NCBI GenBank assembly: GCA_041742075.1
Contig: JBGSJJ010000003.1
Location: 1 to 40,486 of the forward strand
Direction of reading: 5' to 3'
Source: Minisyncoccia bacterium
GTDB lineage: Bacteria; Patescibacteriota; Minisyncoccia; Phycocordibacterales; UBA918
DNA length: 40,486 nt
Below are positions 27,900-37,147 of this stretch, one piece after another. Below the pieces are notes generated by a model that worked only from the letters and a program-made list of their open reading frames with translations, was not told where the DNA came from and did no database searches. The translations under genes were made by a program, and so were the position numbers. Each line of letters starts with the position of its first letter. The first letter of the stretch is position 1.

Positions 27900-27998
27900 A
27901 GTGACACCACTATACCGAGAATCAGTGAAAAAGGAATAGCCTGTTACATAAACCCTGTTATTTGTAGCAGTATGTGGTACTTTAGTGAAACTACACCT

Positions 27999-28733
27999 AT
28001 GGCCAGACATGTAAAAAATCACAAGCGTAAACGCCACGGGACGGCTTTTTGGGACAGCGAATACACCAACGCTGAACACTTAGCGCTCTCTGTTGAACCG
28101 AGTGAAGACTTGGAGAAGTTTTGCCGTTGGCTGGTGCGGAACCAGGGTACGACAACTCTCAACAAATTCGGTAGCCTGATAGACCTTGGGTGTGGCAATG
28201 GTCGAAACGCCCTCTATCTTGCTCGGGAGTTTGGTATGAAAGGCGTCGGCTATGATACGTCTGGTGCCGCCATTAAAGAAGCGAAACGCTTGGCTGACGG
28301 ACTTCCTCTCCAGTATGAGGTTCGTGGGATGGCTGGCACCCTTGATGTTGAAGACGCCTCCCAAGTACTTGCTCTTGATATGATGAGTTCACACTTTCTA
28401 AACAAAGAAGAGCGCGTCTTTTTGCGAGACGAAATCCACCGCGTCCTCGCGCCGGGTGGCTGGCTTTTTATGAAGACCTTTCTGAGTGACGGTGACCTGC
28501 ATACCAGGCGACTTCTGAAAGATAGTCCTGCAGAAGAAACCGGCGCCTACATCCATCCCATCATCGGGGTTCAAGAATACGTGTACAGCGAAGAAGAACT
28601 GACCACATTCCTCGGTGAACGATTCATCGTGCATAAAGTCTATGCTTCGCACAAACACGTTAGTAAAGGTCGCGCTCGTAAACGAAGAACTATATCGGTC
28701 TACGCCGAGAAAGACCCTTACGCAAAGTCCTAG
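27999..28733 (+). CDS. Class I SAM-dependent methyltransferase
   Basis: LIDLGCGNGRNA, RVLAPGGWL. Start refined to MARHVK. Confidence 0.88.
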   Translation: MARHVKNHKRKRHGTAFWDSEYTNAEHLALSVEPSEDLEKFCRWLVRNQGTTTLNKFGSLIDLGCGNGRNALYLAREFGMKGVGYDTSGAAIKEAKRLADGLPLQYEVRGMAGTLDVEDASQVLALDMMSSHFLNKEERVFLRDEIHRVLAPGGWLFMKTFLSDGDLHTRRLLKDSPAEETGAYIHPIIGVQEYVYSEEELTTFLGERFIVHKVYASHKHVSKGRARKRRTISVYAEKDPYAKS

Positions 28734-28763
28734 TGAATAACGTATTTGCTATCACCTAGCTAC

Positions 28764-28802
28764 ATACAAAAACCCGCACCTTTACGGTGCGGGTTTTTGT
28801 AT
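28764..28802. terminator. Bidirectional terminator
   Basis: ATACAAAAACCCGCACC-TTTAC-GGTGCGGGTTTTTGTAT. Confidence 0.85.
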
Positions 28803-28812
28803 CGAGTTCTGC

Positions 28813-29013
28813 TTACGCAGCTCGTTGTACATTTGCAGCAGCAGGACCCTTAGGACCTTCTACGATTTCAAATGTAACCATGTCACCTTCACGGAGGTCG
28901 TTGAATGCTACTTCAACAAGATCCTTAGCGTGAAAGAATACGTCTTTCTGACCATCATCTGGAGTAATAAATCCAAAACCTCGGTCTGTAACACGTGCAA
29001 TTTTCCCTGTCAT
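28813..29013 (-). CDS. Cold-shock protein (CspA family)
   Basis: RGFGFI (RNP1), DVFFH (RNP2), GPKGPAAANV. Confidence 0.95.
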   Translation of the reverse strand: MTGKIARVTDRGFGFITPDDGQKDVFFHAKDLVEVAFNDLREGDMVTFEIVEGPKGPAAANVQRAA

Positions 29014-29229
29014 CTTATTTGTTTATTTTATTTGTATAACTACAAAACTTCACTTCGCCTGGTCTTCTTCTGTTTGAGAATGAGATCTCAAGAGGAGCGA
29101 CTGCTTTGTGTGTGTATTAAAGCACAGTCACAATAAATAGCAAGTGGTTTTACGTAGACAGCGAGGTAACGGCCAGTATATCCCTAAAGTAGCGCCCGGA
29201 TTCACTAAAAATGTGCCATAATCTTAAAA

Positions 29230-30288
29230 ATGAAGTCTTCCACTTTACGCGCCAGCAAGTCGATTCAGTATCGAAGCCTTATTCGTACACTGACGTTGTT
29301 TGTGCTCATCTTATGTGTTGCTGCCTCTACCCTCCTCGTTGTACTCATAAAATCCAAGGAGTACGCTTTTGAAAGATCGTATCCAAACCCAACAATTTCA
29401 AGTACTGCTATAAATACCGGACCTCCCCCGTTCCCAATTGGTGTTAATCCGAGAACAAAAACCATTACGGAAAATCCTACCGTCGACGAGTTTGTCAGTA
29501 CAACCATTGCTTCAAATCATACTGACTCATCACTACCTGACAGCTGGCTTGAACGCTTGACTGCCAAACTCGCCCTCTTTGACTGGTATCAAAACCTGGC
29601 TTCCCCCGCCAGTCGAGTCTTAGTCATCCAATCGGGCGAACGAGGCGAAGAAATAGTTGAAAACTTTGGTTCTATTCTCAAATGGAGCGCCGAGGAACGA
29701 ATGGAGTTTTACACACGTATTGCTAGTAGTACGCCAGAACTACGGGACGGTAAGTTTTATCCAGGAAGCTATCTTAGTGCTAAAGATGCTTCACCAGAGG
29801 ACGTTGCTGAACTCATCACCGAGCGCTTTAACACTGAAGTAAAAGCCCGGTATCCAAAAAATATCGAAACGATAGTCCCTTTGACAGACGCACTCATAAT
29901 CGCTTCCCTCCTTGAACGCGAAGCCTACGACTTTGAAGATATGCGCTACATATCGGGGATTCTCTGGAATCGTTTATTTATTGATATGAAACTACAAATT
30001 GACGCTACCTTACAGTACGCGAAAGGAAGCCGTGCGAGTGAGCCTTGGTGGCCTGTACCAGTCCCAGCCGATAAGTTTATTTCTTCTCCGTATAATACCT
30101 ACCAAAACAAAGGTCTTCCACCAAATCCAATTGCCAACCCTTCAGTTGACGCTATTATTGCTACGCTTAATCCGAGAGAGACTGACTGCTTATTTTATTT
30201 TCATGACTCAGATGGGGGTTTCCACTGTACCAAAACCTATGAAGACCACGTAGCACTTCTTAAAAAGCACTACGGGAGGGGTCGCTAA
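29230..30288 (+). CDS. mltG: Endolytic transglycosylase (YceG/MltG family)
   Basis: IASLLEREA, NRL...LQIDAT, SPYNTY...GLPPNPIANP. Confidence 0.9.
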   Translation: MKSSTLRASKSIQYRSLIRTLTLFVLILCVAASTLLVVLIKSKEYAFERSYPNPTISSTAINTGPPPFPIGVNPRTKTITENPTVDEFVSTTIASNHTDSSLPDSWLERLTAKLALFDWYQNLASPASRVLVIQSGERGEEIVENFGSILKWSAEERMEFYTRIASSTPELRDGKFYPGSYLSAKDASPEDVAELITERFNTEVKARYPKNIETIVPLTDALIIASLLEREAYDFEDMRYISGILWNRLFIDMKLQIDATLQYAKGSRASEPWWPVPVPADKFISSPYNTYQNKGLPPNPIANPSVDAIIATLNPRETDCLFYFHDSDGGFHCTKTYEDHVALLKKHYGRGR

Positions 30289-30351
30289 TCTACAGTACAT
30301 CTAACGTCTACTCTCCTTAACCAGGTTATACTTGTTTAGAACGTACACAAG

Positions 30352-30606
30352 GTGGAGCTCCTTCACATGACACCGCTCATGGTTTACAATCTCCGTCTGC
30401 TTGACTGCCACGGCTTTGAAACAATCTACTTTCCATCATTAGTGGCATTTAGTATCTACCCGTCCAGTTCATTTGTTACAATCCACATTACGGGAAACGA
30501 TAATGTACTTACACGGCAACCACTATGGGTTCGAGCTGTTGTACCAAAAAATACCCCTCACTTACTCAAGTATAGTGATACTGCTATTTTACTCATGGGG
30601 TACTAA
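30352..30606 (+). CDS. Hypothetical protein (start uncertain, possibly 30368)
   Basis: Short ORF between a TATACT box and a terminator hairpin at ~30617-30654. Confidence 0.35.
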   Translation: MELLHMTPLMVYNLRLLDCHGFETIYFPSLVAFSIYPSSSFVTIHITGNDNVLTRQPLWVRAVVPKNTPHLLKYSDTAILLMGY

Positions 30607-30661
30607 AAACCGCCAAAACAAAACCGCCCGGAAATTTGTTCAGGCGGTTTTGTTTCTATAA

Positions 30662-31258
30662 CTATTTTTTACTTGTCTTTCTTGGTGCTTTTTTCTTTGG
30701 AGCAGCTTTCTTGACTGCCTTAACAGTTTTTGGCTTCCGAACTTTCTGAGGTATTGCGGGTTCAGATTCTGGAATGTCTGCTTCAACTCGATCAATAGAA
30801 ACTTTAGCTACTTTTGGTTGGGGTGGATTTATCAACTCAAGTACGCGATTTAACTTTGACTCAAGGATTGCCAGCTGGCGCTTAATGTCTTCTGTGGCCA
30901 GGTCTGGTTTTGCCGGACTGAACTCACGTCGTGGAGCATCTTCTCGACGCTTTTCTCGACTAAAGTCTTTACGTTTGTCACTGTACCCCTTGTCACTTTG
31001 TCCGCTTCGGTTATCAGTATTTGCAAAACAGTCTTTACAATAGACAGGCTTACCCGCACTCGGACGAAATGGTACTTCGCATGACTTGCCACACGTTGAG
31101 CAGGTGGCTGAAAAAAATTCTTTCTGATCTCCGCTATTTTGATCTTTTCCGTCTCTTCGTTTGAAGGTCCCGGCGCCACTTTTTCGGTCTGCAAATGAGA
31201 CACGCGGGACAAAGGCTCCACCACCCTTCTTAAATCCACCTGGTTTAAAGTTTTTCAT
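30662..31258 (-). CDS. CxxC-x17-CxxC zinc-ribbon protein with a Lys-rich tail
   Basis: ATCSTCGKSCEVPFRPSAGKPVYCKDCF. Confidence 0.88.
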   Translation of the reverse strand: MKNFKPGGFKKGGGAFVPRVSFADRKSGAGTFKRRDGKDQNSGDQKEFFSATCSTCGKSCEVPFRPSAGKPVYCKDCFANTDNRSGQSDKGYSDKRKDFSREKRREDAPRREFSPAKPDLATEDIKRQLAILESKLNRVLELINPPQPKVAKVSIDRVEADIPESEPAIPQKVRKPKTVKAVKKAAPKKKAPRKTSKK

Positions 31259-31308
31259 TATCTTCTATTATATCACATAAAATATATTTTGGCAATATGT
31301 CGCAAAAC

Positions 31309-31767
31309 CTAGCGGGAAAGTTCTTCCACCAACTCATTTACCCCCTCTTCTGTTCGGACTATGTAGTTAAGTCGCAAAGCAACATTTTTAAGTAGTGATT
31401 CATACCCCATCTTAGAGATCTCCATACCAGCATCGGTTTCTATATATGAATCATAGCGAACAAAAACCACTTGATCGTCTTTAACACTATACTTTCCTTC
31501 CTCAGCCCGAACTCCATCGAAATCAGCTACTATAAATACCGGGAAAACACCCATAAGGACTTCCGGTGTAAATCCTCCTTTTGGCTGTCCGACTTCTTCC
31601 ATTGCCTCGCCTAACAAGCGTTCCTCAAAGTACACAGCAATGTTTACGGCTTTTTCAGCTTCGGTCTGTCTCGGCGCGGTATCGGCACTGTGTGGACTGC
31701 GAAAAAAGAGAAATAGGGCAGTTCCTGCTATAAGTACGCCTAGTGAAACAAGAATAGTTACTCTCAT
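31309..31767 (-). CDS. Hypothetical membrane-anchored protein
   Basis: N-terminal TM/signal helix; TG-c-TATACT upstream. Confidence 0.75.
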   Translation of the reverse strand: MRVTILVSLGVLIAGTALFLFFRSPHSADTAPRQTEAEKAVNIAVYFEERLLGEAMEEVGQPKGGFTPEVLMGVFPVFIVADFDGVRAEEGKYSVKDDQVVFVRYDSYIETDAGMEISKMGYESLLKNVALRLNYIVRTEEGVNELVEELSR

Positions 31768-31851
31768 ATCTAGAAGTATAGCAAACCTGGAAGCACAAAT
31801 GCTAAACCTTGTATCGAAATCGATACAAGGTTTAGGTCTACCGCACTGGTC

Positions 31852-32460
31852 TTACTGTCCACTTACCAGATATTGATACGCTTTAAACCCAAGCACACTC
31901 CCAAGAACTGGCGCTAGAGCATAGACAAAGGTAAGCGCACTCAGTGCCAACGCTACTGCTGGATTTAAAATACCCGCTGAGCCAGCAAAGGATGCAATCA
32001 AGACACCTAGAAGCAGTGAGCCTCCCACAACGATACCGGACATCTGTTCTTTAGCTTTACCATACACAACAGAAGCAATACCAAATGCAAAGAAAAACAT
32101 GCCGAGGGCTTCGGCCATAAAGACACGTCCGTCAAACACTTGTGGCATTGCCTCTGGGGTAGTAAGCATGAAGACTTTAGCCATTGTAAGCGCAAGTAAA
32201 GCGCCGAGGAACTGGGCAATTATATAAGCCAGTGCTTCTTTAGCCTCAATTTTTTTAATCGAAAGTAAACCAAGAGTAACTGCTGGATTAATATGACTCC
32301 CTGAAATCGAACCGATTGTATACACAAACAAAGCCAATGTGAGTCCGGCAATTACCGGTACAGCTACGGGTAGAGCGATAGTAAAAGAAACCGCACTCAA
32401 TACCACAAAAGACAGACCAAATGATCCAACAAATTCTGCAATATATTTTTTTGTTATCAT
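31852..32460 (-). CDS. Aquaporin / MIP-family channel
   Basis: AEFVG, SGSHINPAVT, AEALG, ILNPAV; six TM helices. Confidence 0.92.
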   Translation of the reverse strand: MITKKYIAEFVGSFGLSFVVLSAVSFTIALPVAVPVIAGLTLALFVYTIGSISGSHINPAVTLGLLSIKKIEAKEALAYIIAQFLGALLALTMAKVFMLTTPEAMPQVFDGRVFMAEALGMFFFAFGIASVVYGKAKEQMSGIVVGGSLLLGVLIASFAGSAGILNPAVALALSALTFVYALAPVLGSVLGFKAYQYLVSGQ

Positions 32461-32520
32461 GATTATGACTACTAAATAGTAACAACTTCTAGTATATCAC
32501 TAAGAAAAACTGCCCTACCT

Positions 32521-33795
32521 CTAAGGCTCATACGGTAGCGACATACTAAACGTAGTGCCGACATTTTCTGTTGAGTTAACCGTGATAGTTCCGTTTAGTT
32601 TTTCAACTGATTGCTTCACTATGTAGAGACCTAAGCCAGTTCCTTCCGCCCGAAACGCTTGGGCATTTCTCGCTCGGAAAAACTTAGTAAACAGTTGGCT
32701 TTGCTCAGAAGATGGTATACCAATACCAGTGTCTGTAATACTGATGACGAGTCGCTTACCTTGCAGTTGATAACTAATCGTTATACCCCCTTTAGGAGGT
32801 ATGTATTTAACTGCATTTGAAAGAAGATTACTAACAATTATGTGGAGCAGACGACTATCGGAAGTAAAGCTAACCACCACCGGATCAAACACACGTTGTA
32901 ACTGGAGTTGCTTCTCACTAATAGTTTGGGCATATTCGTCGATAATCCCCCCGAAAAACTCCGCGAGATCAATCCGCGAGAGACTGGTGGCGTAGGTTCC
33001 TGTTTCCAGTTTCGACACACTCAAGAAATCATTTATGAGTGCGTTCATACGCAAAATATTCCGTTCAATTTTGGTAATAAATTTATTTTGGTCAGGACTC
33101 TGATTTCCCTGAAAAGTACGGAGCAACAATTCAAAATTCCACCGAATTGCTGCAACAGGCGTACGGAGCTGGTGCGTCGCCAGGGACACAAATTCTGACT
33201 TGGCGATATCAACGATTTTCTGGTGCGTTATATCGACTAAAGAAACTAATCTCTGCTCAGCCTCCTTATAGACAAATACCGAAAGTAGCACCCAGCGATA
33301 CTCCCCCGAGATAGTCTGAATCTGCACCTCTTCGTCAGCAATCGTCAAACCAGAGTCAATTTTCCCGAGCACTACTGACAAATAATTTAGATCTTCATGA
33401 GTTATCCGGACCGTCAGATTTTGACCGATGAGATTACTGGTAGTTGCCTGAAACAAACGCACGGCTGCCAAGTTGTACATAACAATTCGACCAACCTGGT
33501 CGAGCGTAACATACGGCACTGGACTTCGTTCATACAGTAGTAAAAATTGCTCGCGCGAGGCGACAAGCGCGTTTGCCTCTGCTCTTGATTGATAGAGTTT
33601 TGAACGGCCTGAAAAAAGAGCGATTCCAAAAAGTACAACAAATACCTGTGATACAACAATAAATATAACCGGGCTAATGGTCGGTACAAAAATCGAGAAC
33701 AGCTCCCAAAGTCCAGCTACCCCCAGTGGCACACCAATAAGAAGAACTATCGCGTAGATAAACCTGATAAACCTCGTATTGACGGCCAGTCTCAT
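32521..33795 (-). CDS. PAS-domain sensor histidine kinase
   Basis: Two TM helices, PAS domain, ATHQLRTP (H-box), NLLSNAVKY, DTGIGI, GTGLGL. Confidence 0.95.
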   Translation of the reverse strand: MRLAVNTRFIRFIYAIVLLIGVPLGVAGLWELFSIFVPTISPVIFIVVSQVFVVLFGIALFSGRSKLYQSRAEANALVASREQFLLLYERSPVPYVTLDQVGRIVMYNLAAVRLFQATTSNLIGQNLTVRITHEDLNYLSVVLGKIDSGLTIADEEVQIQTISGEYRWVLLSVFVYKEAEQRLVSLVDITHQKIVDIAKSEFVSLATHQLRTPVAAIRWNFELLLRTFQGNQSPDQNKFITKIERNILRMNALINDFLSVSKLETGTYATSLSRIDLAEFFGGIIDEYAQTISEKQLQLQRVFDPVVVSFTSDSRLLHIIVSNLLSNAVKYIPPKGGITISYQLQGKRLVISITDTGIGIPSSEQSQLFTKFFRARNAQAFRAEGTGLGLYIVKQSVEKLNGTITVNSTENVGTTFSMSLPYEP

Positions 33796-33891
33796 AGTCC
33801 TATGATAACAATTGTATAAGGCTATTTATGAGCTTGCGCACAGCCAAGCTCAACCTCACACGTACGGAAATATGCTACCATTGTAAGTACT

Positions 33892-34269
33892 ATGAACGAA
33901 CATATTCTTATCGTTGAAGATGAAACGGACATTCGTGAACCTATGACAGAAGCCCTCGTACAAGCGGGATATCGCGTGAGTGTGGCTGAAAACGGACAAA
34001 CTGGTTTAGAGATTGCCCTGCGAGAACAACCAAACCTTATTTTACTCGATTTAAAAATGCCCGTCATGGATGGACATGAGATGCTTCGTCGCCTTCGCCA
34101 AGACCCCTGGGGTGAAAAGGTCCGTGTGGTTGTTCTCACAGCAATGGATGACGTAGAAAATGTGTCCTATGCCCACGAAGGTAAGATTGTGGACTATATC
34201 ATCAAAGCGCACACCAGCCTTGATGAGCTCGTAAAGCAAGTTCGGATGGCTCTCTATAGTCAGACATAA
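33892..34269 (+). CDS. Single-domain response regulator (CheY-like)
   Basis: ILIVEDE, LLDLKMPVMDG, VLTA, DYIIK. Confidence 0.95.
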   Translation: MNEHILIVEDETDIREPMTEALVQAGYRVSVAENGQTGLEIALREQPNLILLDLKMPVMDGHEMLRRLRQDPWGEKVRVVVLTAMDDVENVSYAHEGKIVDYIIKAHTSLDELVKQVRMALYSQT

Positions 34270-34342
34270 ACCTAACCACTCCGCTTTTAAACTCAATTAT
34301 CTCTAATTGAGTACCTTAAAAATATTGGTATACTACACGTAT

Positions 34343-34891
34343 ATGAAACAAAAAATCTGGGTAGTCTGTATCACTCTACTAGCTGTTGTTGCGCCAATTA
34401 TGGTCCCCCCAGCTCAAGCGCTGAGCTGTTTATCAATAGAGATGTATTTTAAAGACATTGCCGGAAAAGATGGTGAGGTGGTTATCTTTACTGGCACTTC
34501 AGTTGATCGGTTCGACGAAACAGCTTATACCGCTGAAGTAATTACCATCGACGAAGTGAAGCAAGGTTACATTGAAGAGAAAGTATTTGTCTATCACCAG
34601 AAAGATGAAACCTGGGGCTATCTCTGCAACAATGGACCAAAAGAAAAGGGTTCTAAAGGACTATATGTAGCGACTAAAGACGCGTTTGGAAAGTACAATG
34701 TCCATCAACGTCTTGAAGTAACTGACCCTCTCGTAAAAACCCTCGACGGTTTTCTCAAAGAAGCTGAGATTATTCCTGGTGAGCCAGCTACGATAACAGC
34801 AGTCGATAGACGAAATCAAATCATGACGACTATTAGCGACGTGTTACGTGAAGTGAGTATTCTCCTCAAAGAATACCTGTACTGGAAATAG
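34343..34891 (+). CDS. Secreted hypothetical protein (possibly TIMP/NTR-like fold)
   Basis: Signal peptide ending AQA, then LSCL...VIFTG and a second Cys. Terminator at ~34908-34936. Confidence 0.7.
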   Translation: MKQKIWVVCITLLAVVAPIMVPPAQALSCLSIEMYFKDIAGKDGEVVIFTGTSVDRFDETAYTAEVITIDEVKQGYIEEKVFVYHQKDETWGYLCNNGPKEKGSKGLYVATKDAFGKYNVHQRLEVTDPLVKTLDGFLKEAEIIPGEPATITAVDRRNQIMTTISDVLREVSILLKEYLYWK

Positions 34892-34987
34892 TCATGTAAC
34901 ATGCTTCAAAAAAGACCCTCGTTGTGGGGTCTTTTTGTTACCTTAAGGTTTATCGTTGATACTTTTACCGCACTCTGACTATGCAAC

Positions 34988-35794
34988 TTATCTATTTTCT
35001 ATTTTAAAAGTAAACCTATACGCTGAATTAGTTACCACTTCTTTCGCTTTAACTGGCGTCACTTCAATCAACGTGACCATATAATCCCCAAAGATTTGAG
35101 CTTCTCCAAGAATAAGTACCAGCTCTCCATGACTAACTGGTGTCGTGAGGATAGTGCGTACTTCCACGGTGCCCGCCCAAATACACTGTACGTCCGTAGG
35201 ACAACGACTATCTGAAATGACTTCTTTCGGCGATATAGTTACCATACGACTCGTTACACTACCTCCAAGGTAGGTAGTTACTTCGGAAGAAGTAACTGAA
35301 GGTAATGGACAATCAATAAATTCACAAGCTGGACCGTAGCGCCCCACTGACGATCCATCCGGACAAATCTTCGCGTCACCATCACAGGCAAAGACTTCGC
35401 TTTCTAGAGTGAGTGCGTCAGTTACGGAGAAAATGCCTACGAGTGTATATTTTTGCCACTCTCCGCTACTCAAGTACTCAATTGGTGTCACGACCCCAGC
35501 AGCAGTGAGGCGTTGACCAACGACTAACACAACTTCACTTTGCGACATACGGTTAAAGTCTAAACTGTAGTACTGACCGGCATCAGTTTTAAGTCCAGCC
35601 AGACATTTAGTTGTGTGTGGGCCTGATTGGTCTTTTTGAGGCAAGCATACATATTCACCCACAAGCGTTGCTCGGTAAGGTTCTGGTACTGTTTTCGTTT
35701 CCTGCTTCACTTCGTAGCTATACAAATTGAAAACGAGAAAGCTGGCCGACAGTATGAGAGCAAGTGCTCCTAGGGTTACTACATATTTATTCAT
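34988..35794 (-). CDS. Membrane-anchored Cys-rich exported protein
   Basis: N-terminal TM; modules CLP..KC, ACDGDAKICPDGSSVGRYGPACEFIDCP and DSRCPTDVQCIWAG. Confidence 0.8.
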   Translation of the reverse strand: MNKYVVTLGALALILSASFLVFNLYSYEVKQETKTVPEPYRATLVGEYVCLPQKDQSGPHTTKCLAGLKTDAGQYYSLDFNRMSQSEVVLVVGQRLTAAGVVTPIEYLSSGEWQKYTLVGIFSVTDALTLESEVFACDGDAKICPDGSSVGRYGPACEFIDCPLPSVTSSEVTTYLGGSVTSRMVTISPKEVISDSRCPTDVQCIWAGTVEVRTILTTPVSHGELVLILGEAQIFGDYMVTLIEVTPVKAKEVVTNSAYRFTFKIENR

Positions 35795-35858
35795 TACGTA
35801 TTAGTATACTCGCGTTTTCTGTATACAGCCCAGATTCTTTTGACTATACGATAGTACG

Positions 35859-36521
35859 TTACTGTGTACGAATACTCGAAACAATTTCACTGACTAGCGT
35901 ATCAGCGCTGAAGTTTGTTTGCTCAAGAGTGCAGGCGCTCCGCTCTGGTTCATCATAATTCATGCACTGCGGAGTACGAAGGGTAAAAGCAACTCTCGCG
36001 ATAGAGTCTCCAAATTCGGTAAAGTATTCATAACTGCTGTAGGTGCTCCCCGCAGCCCCCTCGGTAGAAACGCCAACGCAGTATGTGTCTCCTCCGATAG
36101 TTCTCTCCTCAAAACGCTTTGGAAAACCAGTTGGTACTAACTCCTCACCTTCAGTACAGACAAACTCACCTACCGTAAGTGAAACCGCCGGTGGCCAATC
36201 GGTAGCTGATATATACTTCGTTTTAAGTGGCTGAGGGTTAGTAAACTGTACATCCTCACGTACCACGCCCTCTAGCTGACTATCTCTCGTAGTCGTACTC
36301 TCGAGGGTATCATTTGGAAGACTTGTCGAAGCAACTGATTCAGTCTGCGATATTTCTTCAGTACGAACAGGAGTTACCTCTAGCGTTGTTTCATTAAGAC
36401 TTATTTGCAAAGCTTTTTCATACTGAATACCAATATAAAATGTTAAAACCGGCCAAATACCGATAAAAAATATTATTGTCGCCAATTTCGAATACCAAGT
36501 GACTTCATTAAATTTAATCAT
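35859..36521 (-). CDS. Membrane-anchored exported protein with four Cys
   Basis: VTWYSKL + TM helix, S/T-rich linker, EGAAGSTY. ATGA overlap with dsbB. Confidence 0.8.
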   Translation of the reverse strand: MIKFNEVTWYSKLATIIFFIGIWPVLTFYIGIQYEKALQISLNETTLEVTPVRTEEISQTESVASTSLPNDTLESTTTRDSQLEGVVREDVQFTNPQPLKTKYISATDWPPAVSLTVGEFVCTEGEELVPTGFPKRFEERTIGGDTYCVGVSTEGAAGSTYSSYEYFTEFGDSIARVAFTLRTPQCMNYDEPERSACTLEQTNFSADTLVSEIVSSIRTQ

Positions 36522-37087
36522 TTGATAATTGTAGCAGAAATATGAGTCTCTGATCGCCTTAGGTTAAGATACAACACAATCAGGAAGGCAAACGTCACCG
36601 CAGACAAAAATGGAAACGTGACAAAGCCAAATTCGTTAATAATTTTGGTAGCACAATCAGACGTTCCGTCAGCTAAGCATGGGAGTGCACCCGACTGCAG
36701 CACTTCTTTCGGCACCAACTGATAGATGTAGTGATAGACTGCCACCCCCAGACCGAAGACTGAGAGCGCCATACTATAGAGCGGGAAATAACTATTTTCT
36801 TTTACTCTAAAAGCCATCACTGCAAACAGGGCTTGCGGATACAAAGCAATTCGTTGTAGCCAGCACAGTGAGCACGGTACAAAGCCAAAATACTCTGAAT
36901 ACAAAAGCGAAAGTGCCACACTACCAATCGTTGTGAGGAGTATCACTAGCCAAACGTATTTTTTAAAGAATCGTTCAAAGTATGTACTTCTGTTAAAGAA
37001 GTAGTCTACATACAAACCGATAGTTACCACGAGCGTCGCTAAGCCACCTAAGGCCAGTACATAATTGAGGGTATACAGATAGTCCAT
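36518..37087 (-). CDS. dsbB: Disulfide bond formation protein B (DsbB/BdbC family)
   Basis: PCSLCWLQRIALYP and a second pair C-x6-C; multi-TM. Confidence 0.92.
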   Translation of the reverse strand: MDYLYTLNYVLALGGLATLVVTIGLYVDYFFNRSTYFERFFKKYVWLVILLTTIGSVALSLLYSEYFGFVPCSLCWLQRIALYPQALFAVMAFRVKENSYFPLYSMALSVFGLGVAVYHYIYQLVPKEVLQSGALPCLADGTSDCATKIINEFGFVTFPFLSAVTFAFLIVLYLNLRRSETHISATIIK

Positions 37088-37147
37088 ACGAAAAGTATAC
37101 CAAAATTATGAACCCGTTACTCGCCTGTATGAACGTAGGTAGTTTTT

